Source: an uncultured Bacillota bacterium (GTDB lineage Bacteria; Sysuimicrobiota; Sysuimicrobiia; Sysuimicrobiales; Segetimicrobiaceae). From it: a stretch of DNA of 64,000 nt. The stretch covers positions 32,001 to 96,000 of the forward strand of contig CAWDRG010000022.1 of the NCBI GenBank assembly GCA_963804645.1, written 5' to 3'. Within the stretch, counting starts at the first letter, position 1, and each line of letters begins with the position of its first letter. The translations under genes were made by a program, and so were the position numbers. Of this stretch, positions 33,259 to 42,517 are shown piece by piece. The notes below the pieces were generated by a model. It did no database searches. It saw only the letters and a program-made list of their open reading frames with translations, and was not told where the DNA came from.

Positions 33259-34246
33259 GTCCCGGCCTCGGCGGGGCAAGTTGCAATCGCGTCACTCCGG
33301 TCGTGTTGACATCGATGTTCAGCACCGTAACGCCTCCCAGGACCGCGAGACGTGAGCAGAATTCATCGACGGCTCCCTGCTCAGCAAAGAAAGCGATGCC
33401 GATGTCGCCCCCACCTGCCCCAGAAGGCTTCGCTGCCCCCCCGAGCGCTGCACCAATTTCGGCCGCAAGACGAAAACGCGAGGTGACGATGGGGGTTGAA
33501 GCCGCTGCACCCAACTCTGCCAGCGTGGCTCCGTAGTCGCGCGCCGCATCAATGACCTCCCCGACCCGTCCGATCGCATAGGCTTGGCGGAATTGATCTG
33601 CCAGTGCCTTGAGGCGCTCGATGACGGCGATATAGGCGTGAGGGGAACGCTGAGCCAAGGACACCACGCTGCGGATCATTGCCACCGTGGATTCCGATTG
33701 GCCGGTCCAGAACACTACTGTTCTCAGCTGGGCAAGTGGTGAGAGCTGGACAATCTCCGGCGATCTTCCTGGCGGACGAACGAATCCGATGATTCCCCCA
33801 TACACGGCTGCGGCCACATCGGCTCCAGACCCTCGGCCACCCTGCGCCGCGCTGTGGGCTGCCTCCGCCGCTGAAAAGGCAAGGTGTCGGTTCGCGTCCA
33901 CTGAAACCCCGACCGTTTCCATGAGCGCGGCCACACTGGCCACCGCCGTCGCCGCGCTGGAACCGAGGCCGAGCTTCATCCCCCCGTTGCTGAAGGTGGA
34001 TGTATCCACCTGGACCGCCCCACGCGGGAGCGCAGATGCCCTGGCGCCGAGCGCAGCCACGGCCGCGCGCATGGCCTCGGTGACAAGGGGTGACTGAGAG
34101 ACTGACCCCGGTACATATCGCGCGACAGCGTAACGGTTGATGCTTGCCAGTACGGCGACGCCTCCCTCCAGCACGGCATACTCGCCAATCAAGAAGATCT
34201 TGCCTGGCGCGGCGACCGCGGATGCGTCTCCGAGGGTGGCGTTCAC
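33248..34246 (-). CDS. mvaK2: phosphomevalonate kinase (GHMP family)
   Basis: APGKIFLIGEYAVL, KLGLGSSAA, AQGGRGSGADVAA, KPSGAGGGD; GTG overlaps the mvaD stop. Confidence 0.88.
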   Translation of the reverse strand: MNATLGDASAVAAPGKIFLIGEYAVLEGGVAVLASINRYAVARYVPGSVSQSPLVTEAMRAAVAALGARASALPRGAVQVDTSTFSNGGMKLGLGSSAATAVASVAALMETVGVSVDANRHLAFSAAEAAHSAAQGGRGSGADVAAAVYGGIIGFVRPPGRSPEIVQLSPLAQLRTVVFWTGQSESTVAMIRSVVSLAQRSPHAYIAVIERLKALADQFRQAYAIGRVGEVIDAARDYGATLAELGAAASTPIVTSRFRLAAEIGAALGGAAKPSGAGGGDIGIAFFAEQGAVDEFCSRLAVLGGVTVLNIDVNTTGVTRLQLAPPRPGHGR

Positions 34247-35241
34247 GGTTGAACGCTCTCGAGGAGGTGGGCGCCCGGTCCCGGAGAGGCGACGACGCAA
34301 CGGACGACACCCGGCACGATTCGCACCGCGTTGTGGACGTTTTCCGCATCCCGTGCGGCGCACAGCACTTTGACGTGAGGACCGGCATCGATGGTAAAGA
34401 ATGCAGGGATCCCTGCTGCTCGCAAGTCGCCAACGGTGCGCATGACGTCTAAGGTCGTGGCATTCCAATACACGATCGGAGGTTCCGAGCTCAGCGTGGT
34501 TGCGTGCATTCGAAGACAGTTCCGCTCGGTGATGGCGCCGAGTCGGCTCAGGTCGTGCGCCGCAATGGCGGCGCGGGCTTCCGTGAGATCCCGATCTATC
34601 GACGCGAGCCAGGCCACGAAATATGGGGACGTGAGCGCGGCCCGTTCCATCGCCTCGGTCGATCCGATGCTTTTTCTCTCTGTCGACGTCATCACGATCA
34701 CCATGCGAACGTCCCACCCCTCGCCCTCGCTCAGGGGACGTGCCACCGAGTCCGCTCCGTCGGTCCGGGTCCCTCTCTGCATTTCGACGAACCCGCCGAA
34801 AATCGAGCGAGCCGCCGAGCCCGATCCACGGCGAGCCAGTTCGGAGAGTTCCACGGGTGACAGCTCAAGCGATGCGGCACGCGATGCCGCGAGTGCCAAG
34901 GCGGCGAATCCGGACGCGGATGATGCGATCCCGGAGGCTGTGGGAACGGTGTTGACGGTCACGACCTCCGCGCGCAGGGTCAGCTTGGCCTGCACGCGTA
35001 CGAGGTCAAGGAACGCGCGTACCCGGGCAGTCGTCCTTGCGTCGGTCCCAACGCCGTTAAGGGTCACGTGATCCTGAGTAAGCGCAGGAGCAAATTGGAC
35101 GGTGGTTGTGGTGCCCATCTCTCTCAATGTCAGCGACAGACTTCCCGTGGCTGGCAAGTTGAGTTCGCTCTGTCGCTTTCCCCAGTACTTGACGAGGGCG
35201 ACATTCGCTCCGGCGATCGCGGTGCAGGGTGCAAAGGTCAC
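34243..35241 (-). CDS. mvaD: diphosphomevalonate decarboxylase
   Basis: NVALVKYWGK, PTASGIASSASG, RRGSGSAARS, FTIDAGP; GGAGGA RBS before GTG 35241. Confidence 0.95.
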   Translation of the reverse strand: MTFAPCTAIAGANVALVKYWGKRQSELNLPATGSLSLTLREMGTTTTVQFAPALTQDHVTLNGVGTDARTTARVRAFLDLVRVQAKLTLRAEVVTVNTVPTASGIASSASGFAALALAASRAASLELSPVELSELARRGSGSAARSIFGGFVEMQRGTRTDGADSVARPLSEGEGWDVRMVIVMTSTERKSIGSTEAMERAALTSPYFVAWLASIDRDLTEARAAIAAHDLSRLGAITERNCLRMHATTLSSEPPIVYWNATTLDVMRTVGDLRAAGIPAFFTIDAGPHVKVLCAARDAENVHNAVRIVPGVVRCVVASPGPGAHLLESVQP

Positions 35242-35375
35242 ACGTCCTCCCTCGGATCCGCCAACGCATTGAAGCCGATTCATCTCTTCGCGCTCTCGTC
35301 CCTTCCGCGACGGCGTTCTGGCTCGGCGTGGACTGATCAGGCACCCCGGACGCCTCGGGGCAGCGTATAAAAAAT

Positions 35376-36326
35376 TCAAGGCTCGCCCAGCGTGGAGAGA
35401 AACCCATCATAGCCATGTTTGCGCCAGGTCCCCAGGACACGTTCCTCGCTTCCCGGGGCTAACGCGATGACCGCACCTCCCCCGCCGGCGCCCGTCATCT
35501 TTGCGCCAATAGCACCGGCGGACCGCGCCAGGTGAACCATGGTGTCAAGTTCGAAGGCGGAAACTCCGATCGCCACTAATAAGCCGTGGGCCACGTCCAA
35601 TAGCCGTCCGAGCACGTCGATCTCACCCGCCACGAGTGCGATAGTGCCCTCATCACTGAGCTCTCCCATCGTCTTTAGGATGCTCGCCGCCGCCGCGGTT
35701 TGGTCTCTCAGCCGTCGCACCTTCTCAACCTGAGCCAGCGTATGTCGAGGTCTTCCCGACAGGCCCACGCACAGAGTGATCGGTTGCCGAGTGTGGATCG
35801 GTTGCCATCCCGCGCCGCGATCGAACCGGCCAACTCCGCCTTCAAAAGCGACAGCCGTGTCGATGCCGGAAGGAGATCCGTGAAAGACGGCCTCCGCGTC
35901 GAAAGCCGCCTGCCGTGCTTCGTGATCGCCGAGGCCGACTGCCTGTGCGGTTGCCCGTGCGATCGCCGCCGACACCGCAGCAGAACTCCCCAGCCCCGCG
36001 CGGGACGGGATATCCACAGCGAGATCAAAGTCTAGGCCTCCGGCATCGAGCCGCGTGAGAATGGCCTGCAGCGCCCGTCCGACCTGCGAACCATCAGCCA
36101 CCTGCACCTCAAGGCGCCAAGCCGGGATGGACAGCCGGCCGTTCCCCTGCTTCGCAATCGCGGTGGCACCTTTCGGCAGGCTGGCAGCGACGGCCGGGTG
36201 TCCGTAGACAACTGCGTGCTCCCCGAAAAGTATCACTTTCCCATGGCCGAAGGCCGTCCGAGGACGAACATGGGCCGTCCCCGGGATTGGAGCACCACCA
36301 GTCAACGGGGCCCTCGGGCGATCCAT
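35376..36326 (-). CDS. mvaK1: mevalonate kinase
   Basis: GKVILFGEHAVVYG, PSRAGLGSSAA, HGSPSGID, GAKMTGAGGGG. Confidence 0.93.
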   Translation of the reverse strand: MDRPRAPLTGGAPIPGTAHVRPRTAFGHGKVILFGEHAVVYGHPAVAASLPKGATAIAKQGNGRLSIPAWRLEVQVADGSQVGRALQAILTRLDAGGLDFDLAVDIPSRAGLGSSAAVSAAIARATAQAVGLGDHEARQAAFDAEAVFHGSPSGIDTAVAFEGGVGRFDRGAGWQPIHTRQPITLCVGLSGRPRHTLAQVEKVRRLRDQTAAAASILKTMGELSDEGTIALVAGEIDVLGRLLDVAHGLLVAIGVSAFELDTMVHLARSAGAIGAKMTGAGGGGAVIALAPGSEERVLGTWRKHGYDGFLSTLGEP

Positions 36327-36484
36327 CTATCTGGCGCCGCCGGAACACATCAGGGATGCCATCCCATACTCCGCGCCGTCTTGATTGTGAGTGACGCTCC
36401 TCGCGAGCGACATGGCGGACTCCCCTGAGGGTTCGGATTGCAACGGTCGCCTCCGCGATTGCGGTATGTCGCCGGCGCCTATCC

Positions 36485-37654
36485 TCATCGCGAGTTCTCT
36501 ACCAGCGCCGCGAAATGAACTTCTAAGACGCCCAATTCTGTCAAACGAGCCGTTGTGGCCTGCCGGACAGCCAACACGTGAGGAAGGACCAGTTCGCGCT
36601 TGAAGTTACCGACGGTGAGGAACAGTTCATCCCCCCGCTTGGTCATTTCCACCTTCTCGATTTCTACGTGAGGCAACGGCAGGCGCAGGATCCACTCTCC
36701 ACCGCGCTCTTCAATCTGTTGCCCTGGACCGGTCGAAAGCACGTCCATGGGATTTCTATCACCCCATAAATCGCGAGCGAGACGCTTCAGCGCTCGTTCG
36801 CCCACAACTTCATCCTCGTACCAGGGAACCTCAAACAACGGGAGGGGTGCAAACGTCTCATGAATCATCTCGATATAGTGCTGCTGGACTGTTTGAAGGC
36901 GACGAAAGTAAGGATCACGGGAAGGCGCGGCGGTAAGAATACGATTGATGACGCCGGCGTCAACGGAATACCCGAACAAATTGAGATACGTGACGGCGCG
37001 CTGAGTTTCCTTGATGACCATTTTTTCCGGGTTCAGCACTACCCGATACGAGCTGATCTCGGGATCGGTCAGGATCCCACGCAGCTCAGTCACCTCGCTC
37101 TGAAGTTTGGCGAGTGCGTCGAACAGGTCATGAGAACGCGCCAGGCCGAGAGTCCGCGCGACCTTCCCGAGTTGGCCGCCCCACTGCCCGAGACGACCGG
37201 CATACCACTGGAACGATTCCGGCAAGCTCAATAAGCGCACGGATTCGCCGGTCGGTGCGGCGTCCACGATGACGGCTTCAAATTTCCGTTCGTGCAGTTG
37301 CCGATGAATGTGAAGGAGGCTGACGATTTCCTCGAGGCCGGGAATCATGGCGAGTTCCTCGGCGATGATTTGGCTCGTGCCGCGCTGCTGAAGCATCGAC
37401 GACACGTAGTCCTGCAGTTGGTGCCAGTGGGTGCGGATCTCGCTCAGTGCGTTGATCTCCTGTCCCCAAAGCCTCTCGGCTAGGGGCGTCGGCTCCGCCG
37501 CCAACCGTTGGTCGACGACATCGGCCAGACTATGCGCAATGTCGGTGCTCACCACCAGAGTTTGGTATCCCAATTCCGCGCATCGCAGGGCAGTCGCCGC
37601 GGCGATTGTTGTTTTACCCACGCCGCCCTTTCCCAAGTAGAGAATGAAACGCAT
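36485..37654 (-). CDS. ArsA/Get3-family ATPase with C-terminal HSP20-like domain
   Basis: GKGGVGKTT, STDIAHSL, DAAPTG, NPEKMV; C-terminal beta domain LRLPLP...GDEL.LTVGNFKR; no ArsA metalloid Cys cluster seen. Confidence 0.92.
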   Translation of the reverse strand: MRFILYLGKGGVGKTTIAAATALRCAELGYQTLVVSTDIAHSLADVVDQRLAAEPTPLAERLWGQEINALSEIRTHWHQLQDYVSSMLQQRGTSQIIAEELAMIPGLEEIVSLLHIHRQLHERKFEAVIVDAAPTGESVRLLSLPESFQWYAGRLGQWGGQLGKVARTLGLARSHDLFDALAKLQSEVTELRGILTDPEISSYRVVLNPEKMVIKETQRAVTYLNLFGYSVDAGVINRILTAAPSRDPYFRRLQTVQQHYIEMIHETFAPLPLFEVPWYEDEVVGERALKRLARDLWGDRNPMDVLSTGPGQQIEERGGEWILRLPLPHVEIEKVEMTKRGDELFLTVGNFKRELVLPHVLAVRQATTARLTELGVLEVHFAALVENSR

Positions 37655-37721
37655 CGTTTGCCGCTCTGCGCGACCTGGGCGCACAACTGCCCCCGAAACG
37701 AAGGGACCCGTACCGACGGTC

Positions 37722-37994
37722 CTAGCCGTCCTTTTTGTCTTGCTCTTCCGCGAGTTTTTCAAGGCTCTCAGCCAATTTACGAGTCAACGAAGCCAGTCCC
37801 CAGGTCGCCTCGCGACCGGCGGCCTTGAGATGTTTTCTGGGCTCCGGGGGCAACATGTTCACCGGGATCATCGCGATGCTCACCCCCGCCTCCAACAGAC
37901 TCTGTGCAAAACGCTGAACGGATCGCTCTCGATCGTTGGGTCCCTGGGCAATGTTGCGAACCGGCACTTCACGCTTGTCCTTCTCGGGCACCAT
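37722..37994 (-). CDS. small helical hypothetical protein
   Basis: GAGG RBS; 90 aa with LPPE..KHL.AA.RE..LASL amphipathic helix; lies between the reductase and ArsA. Confidence 0.6.
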   Translation of the reverse strand: MVPEKDKREVPVRNIAQGPNDRERSVQRFAQSLLEAGVSIAMIPVNMLPPEPRKHLKAAGREATWGLASLTRKLAESLEKLAEEQDKKDG

Positions 37995-38047
37995 TGACGC
38001 ACCTCGCAATTGGATTGTATGGTCACGTCCAACGTATGACCCACCGC

Positions 38048-39574
38048 TCACACTTTGTCGACCCGACCCCGACGCCCCGTGGTTCGCCGTCCTTCGACAA
38101 CCTCGTCGAACGTCAACGTTGCCGGCGTATCTTGGTATTTGCCTTTGAGACCAGCAAGCACTCCGAGCCCTCTTGTCAACACATCCACGCCCCACTCGAC
38201 CGTTTCAAACGGCTCACGTGCCATCTCGCTGATCGCGTCGAGCATCTTGCTGGCACCGGTCAGTGCCCAGTCCATCGTACCCGGCGCGCCCACGTCCGAC
38301 GAAAGCCCGAAAGCGCGCTGCCAGAAGGGGACGCCATGCAGCAAGGTTCTCGCGATGACAGTCGGCGAGAGACTGTAATGAGTCGGCACCACGCCCGCAA
38401 GAATTCCGCCGCACGTCGCGGCATAGTCGCGATCGGTGAGGGCTTTCTCTCCGATCATTTTCAAGATCAACAACCAGACTCCCGCGAGCGAGCGGTTTTT
38501 GATAATCGTGACAATGAGATCTGCCGTACGCATATCCAAATCGAACGCCGCGCGCCACCGCTGCTCGTACCGCGAGAGGAACCGTGCATCCAACTGATCG
38601 GCCCGTAAGGCTTCATCCGCCACGCCGGCCGCGATTCCCGCGCTTTCCAGCGCCTTCTGAATGCCCTCCCCATTGATCGGATCAACGAAGTTCGCCGCGT
38701 CCCCGATGAGCAGCACCCGGTCGGCATAGTTGCCGCCAGCCGTGTGGTAGGTGTTCAGGGGCCAGCCGACGATCGGCCCGTCCAGCGTGGCGCCGCCCAA
38801 CCGCGCTCGCGCGACGGGATCCTGCGCGATCCAGGTGGTCAAGCGTTCGCGCAGGTTGATCCGGTAGCGCTGGTAGACGTCCATCACCATGCCCAAGCCC
38901 ACGTTCGCTCGATCGGGTCCCACCGGAAAGATCCAGGCGTAACCTGGGAAGAAACTCTCGTCGAATGAGATCTCGGCCTGAGACGGATCACCTTCCACGC
39001 CGTTGTAGTAGGCTCGCAGGGCTAGCATCGTGCTCTTCGGATCCCGATTGTCCACGCCGAGCGCCTTGGCGACGACCGAGTGAGCCCCATCGGCCGCGAT
39101 GACGAGTCGCCCACGGAAGCTGCAGGGGGTCTTGCTGCGCTGCGCGGATAGGGTGACGCCGTCGGCGTCGATGGCAACGTTCTTGACCTCGCATCCCTCG
39201 ATGGTGTCCACGTGCACTGCTCGCGCTCGCCGGAAGATAAGTTCGTCAAGGATATAGCGCGGCAATGTGCAGCCGTAACCGGGAAGATCCTCAATTTGCG
39301 GGATCTCCCCCGCTGTGATGCGTTGGCTGCCGAGGTGGAGCGACGCGCCGGTGAGTCGATTCGGACCAGCCTGCTCCAGCAAGGATCCACATCCCAGCGT
39401 CTCAAGCATCCGCAGGGATCGCGGGCTGACGAAGTCACCGCAGACTTTGTCCCGGGGGAAGCGGGCCTTATCGAGCAGAAGGACCCGCCAGCCCCGGACC
39501 GCGAGTCGAGTCGCGACGCTGCTCCCACCCGGCCCGCCGCCCACAACCATCACATCGTAGAGGTCCTTGCCCAT
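38048..39574 (-). CDS. geranylgeranyl reductase family FAD oxidoreductase
   Basis: VVGGGPGG, FPRDKVCGD, AADG, PGYAWIFP, IGDAA..DPINGEGI; about 100-aa C-terminal extension. Confidence 0.9.
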   Translation of the reverse strand: MGKDLYDVMVVGGGPGGSSVATRLAVRGWRVLLLDKARFPRDKVCGDFVSPRSLRMLETLGCGSLLEQAGPNRLTGASLHLGSQRITAGEIPQIEDLPGYGCTLPRYILDELIFRRARAVHVDTIEGCEVKNVAIDADGVTLSAQRSKTPCSFRGRLVIAADGAHSVVAKALGVDNRDPKSTMLALRAYYNGVEGDPSQAEISFDESFFPGYAWIFPVGPDRANVGLGMVMDVYQRYRINLRERLTTWIAQDPVARARLGGATLDGPIVGWPLNTYHTAGGNYADRVLLIGDAANFVDPINGEGIQKALESAGIAAGVADEALRADQLDARFLSRYEQRWRAAFDLDMRTADLIVTIIKNRSLAGVWLLILKMIGEKALTDRDYAATCGGILAGVVPTHYSLSPTVIARTLLHGVPFWQRAFGLSSDVGAPGTMDWALTGASKMLDAISEMAREPFETVEWGVDVLTRGLGVLAGLKGKYQDTPATLTFDEVVEGRRTTGRRGRVDKV

Positions 39575-39619
39575 CTTACCTCCCTCCTCGTGGCGAACGA
39601 CTCCCGCGTCAAGGGTAGT

Positions 39620-41380
39620 TTACAGGCCGTTTGGGCTCACATCTCGCACCGCCGCCCGGCTCTCTTGTTTGGCCCGGGCATACAAGCTGGCACGACGTAC
39701 GAACACGTCCTCGCTGGACTTGAGTAAGTGTTCCAATGCGCGGCGGGCTTCCTCGTGTTGCGTCTGCCCCAACGCAATGGCACAAATCATTTGGACACAG
39801 ACATCAGTATTTTCATAAGCGAGTGCTGCTATCGAATGTATGGCCGGCTGGGTCCCTGCAGCCACGAGTCCCATCCCAGCGGACAAGCGGACAAAAGGAT
39901 TGTCGTCGGCCAGCGCCTCGACCAACAAATCGTCAGCAGAAGAGCAACGAGCATGGCGACCCAGGAGCAACGCGGCTTGGCAGCGCAACGTCTCGTTCGG
40001 ATCGCGAATTGCTGTCGCGGCGATATCCAGCCAGCCGGGCATCTCTAAGAAGGCAAGCGCGAGCATCGCGGCGAGACGAACTCTGTCGTCTGAATCATGT
40101 TTGAACGCGGTTTCCAACGCTCCCGCTTGGTCGCACGCCCCGAGGCGGCCGAGCGCTGTCACCGCAGCCAGCCGGACTTCTGGTGCAGGATCCTGCAGTC
40201 CGGACACCATCAAGGTGAGGGCGGCCGGACCACCCCTCCGGTCCAGGGCGTTGATCGCAACTAATCTGGCCGTACAACTGCGGGCGTTCGTGACGGCGCG
40301 TCGAGTGCTCAGTGAGACGTCCGCCACCGTTTCATCCGCTCGCTGCTGTGTGGCCATCGCTTCGGCGCGTGGCTCAGTCAACCCAACGGTGCGGGCGACC
40401 AGGTCACCTTCGATGTTCGCAGAAATCGTGCCATCGCCGATCGCCACCTCAATCTGCTGCCTTAATGACAGACCGAGCGCCGCCCCAAGCGCGGCATTCC
40501 CCTCCAACTTGAGCAGCAGCGGTGCCTCGAAAGGCTGCGGCGGAAACCCTTCGAACGCCAGTTGGGTTCGCAGGCGCACGGGAATGGCAGCCCGGATATG
40601 GTAGATCCCATCCCGCCAGAGGGCGAACTCTACGGGGACGGGCGCCACAGAACCATCGAGCGAGATCTGTATTTGCTCTGTAGCCAGGACCCCCGGGAAG
40701 CGCCACGGTGACGCCTGCAGTGCAAGCTCGTTAACACGAATGTCCAGGCCGTTCAAGCCAACGCTGAAGCGGCCGCCGACGGTCAGCGATGCGGTTCGTC
40801 CAGCGAACGCCAGCCGGATTGTGTTCGCGGAGTCCGTCGTGTCCAGCAGACAGTGGATGAGACTCGAAGCATTGAGCATCACGTAACACATACCAAGCTT
40901 GGTGGACATACGGTCGCCACTGTAGCTGTCCAAGTGAAAGGCGAATCGGCCGGTCAGATTCATCACACTACGACTGATCGTTCCGGCCAGGGTGAATGGG
41001 GTTCGGAACGTTATCCGTTCCGTCTCCCCTTCGATCTGGACCTGCATGCTCACTCGTATCGGTACGTCACTCTGCACTTCGATCTGGCCGTCACGGGCAG
41101 CGAGGGTCCCAGGCGGCGAAATGGCGGCCAGATCGCATTCGATGTGCAGGCTCGTGACCCAAACGGGAAAGTCCTCGGCAAAGCGCAGCTCGAAAGGCGC
41201 ACTTGAAATATCGATATCGGTGACTTGAAAGGTCGTGCCGCTCACGGCGATGGTGAACTCGCCGGTCAGATCGAGGGAGAAAAAACACATCGCCAACATG
41301 ACGTCAACGCGGTTTGGCCCGAGTTCGGTGTCCAGGTGAAAAGGCACGGAGAGATACGCCGGGCTCTCCGGGTCAACCAT
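39620..41380 (-). CDS. protein with two tandem beta-rich domains and C-terminal HEAT (PBS-lyase-type) repeats
   Basis: GGAGGTG RBS; LQDPAPEVRLAAVTALGRLG, DSDDRVRLAA, LADDNPFVR repeats. Confidence 0.8.
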   Translation of the reverse strand: MVDPESPAYLSVPFHLDTELGPNRVDVMLAMCFFSLDLTGEFTIAVSGTTFQVTDIDISSAPFELRFAEDFPVWVTSLHIECDLAAISPPGTLAARDGQIEVQSDVPIRVSMQVQIEGETERITFRTPFTLAGTISRSVMNLTGRFAFHLDSYSGDRMSTKLGMCYVMLNASSLIHCLLDTTDSANTIRLAFAGRTASLTVGGRFSVGLNGLDIRVNELALQASPWRFPGVLATEQIQISLDGSVAPVPVEFALWRDGIYHIRAAIPVRLRTQLAFEGFPPQPFEAPLLLKLEGNAALGAALGLSLRQQIEVAIGDGTISANIEGDLVARTVGLTEPRAEAMATQQRADETVADVSLSTRRAVTNARSCTARLVAINALDRRGGPAALTLMVSGLQDPAPEVRLAAVTALGRLGACDQAGALETAFKHDSDDRVRLAAMLALAFLEMPGWLDIAATAIRDPNETLRCQAALLLGRHARCSSADDLLVEALADDNPFVRLSAGMGLVAAGTQPAIHSIAALAYENTDVCVQMICAIALGQTQHEEARRALEHLLKSSEDVFVRRASLYARAKQESRAAVRDVSPNGL

Positions 41381-41458
41381 CTCTTCACCTCCTACGAGGA
41401 CGCGTTCGCCCCTAGTGCCAAATCGTCTTCCGTCAGTGCGGAGCGAATTCAGTCACGA

Positions 41459-42037
41459 TCATCCGGTCGCAGCCGCCTGCGCGGGGATGCAGAGGTCCAA
41501 CAGCACGCCCTCGTTTTGCCCGCCGCCGATGGCGACGAAGGTGATATCCTCCCCCTCCACGGTCAGGGTGTGCAGCGCGTTGACCACTGCAGGAGCCGAC
41601 TTCTCGCCGATCAGATCGCTGTCGTGGTAGGCTCGGAGCCACACGGGTTCAGCCGTACTCTGGGCGACACGCGCGGTAACCCGGCCAACGGCATATGGCA
41701 GGCGAACCTGCACACCCTTCTCCGGCACGCGTAGCTTGGACTTACCCGTGGGCATTCCCCAACCGACCACGCCAAGAGATCCCGCCTGCGTGGCCGTGAA
41801 GGCAAATCCTTGTTTCTGGACAGTCGCATCGAGGTCTGTGCCAGGTGCAACATCCGTGAAGTCCACACAACTTGTGTCATCGGGGGGGCACCCCGCGAGG
41901 GCCGCCTTGGTCATTAGCTTCCGCGCGCCAGAGATGACTCCGAGAATGACGTAGAACAGGATGCTGCGCGGAACGCCGGCACGCGATAGGGACTTCGCGA
42001 GTTCTTCGAGCGAAGGCTGCGGTTGATCCTCCGGCAT
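41459..42037 (-). CDS. hypothetical protein (N-terminal helix plus beta-rich domain)
   Basis: GGGAG RBS; co-oriented, protein-like composition. Confidence 0.65.
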   Translation of the reverse strand: MPEDQPQPSLEELAKSLSRAGVPRSILFYVILGVISGARKLMTKAALAGCPPDDTSCVDFTDVAPGTDLDATVQKQGFAFTATQAGSLGVVGWGMPTGKSKLRVPEKGVQVRLPYAVGRVTARVAQSTAEPVWLRAYHDSDLIGEKSAPAVVNALHTLTVEGEDITFVAIGGGQNEGVLLDLCIPAQAAATG

Positions 42038-42089
42038 GGCTCTCACTCCCTTTGATGGTGATCTGAACCCCGAGATCGACGTTGCGTGC

Positions 42090-42398
42090 CTAGAACTTTA
42101 GGAAGTCATCCACGGTCATATCCGGATCGCGTCCACTGACGACAAAGCTGTCCATGTTGGAGATGGACCACAAGATCGTCGCGGCTTTGAACAGCTCGAG
42201 GTCGCGGAGCAAGAGCTGCCAGCAAACGCTCTCAGGCGTCTGCGCGAAGGACTTCCCTTCCTGGTAAAACATCTTCAGCAACGTCTTGATTAGTTCGATG
42301 CCTCCCTTAACGCAGCAATACAGCACTTCGTCTCTGCAGGCTTGACTCGGGGTATGCTCCGTACAGGCTCGGCGAAGGACGTCCTCAGTTGCACTCAC
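42090..42398 (-). CDS. hypothetical protein (102 aa, Cys-containing)
   Basis: Non-shadow ORF with protein-like composition, co-oriented with its neighbours. Confidence 0.55.
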   Translation of the reverse strand: MSATEDVLRRACTEHTPSQACRDEVLYCCVKGGIELIKTLLKMFYQEGKSFAQTPESVCWQLLLRDLELFKAATILWSISNMDSFVVSGRDPDMTVDDFLKF

Positions 42399-42517
42399 GA
42401 CTTTGTCCCCCTTTCGCAGAGTACATTTGCCTCATCTTGCGGTGGATCATGGCCTGCTCGCGGTTCACGGTGGCAGACGCGCCGCCTCTGAAAGCATCTC
42501 AGTGGAGAGACTCACCA

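Noticed and set aside
36485..37654. Arsenic resistance operon
   Set aside because: No arsR/B/C/D or acr3; the protein is the single-domain HSP20-tailed type.
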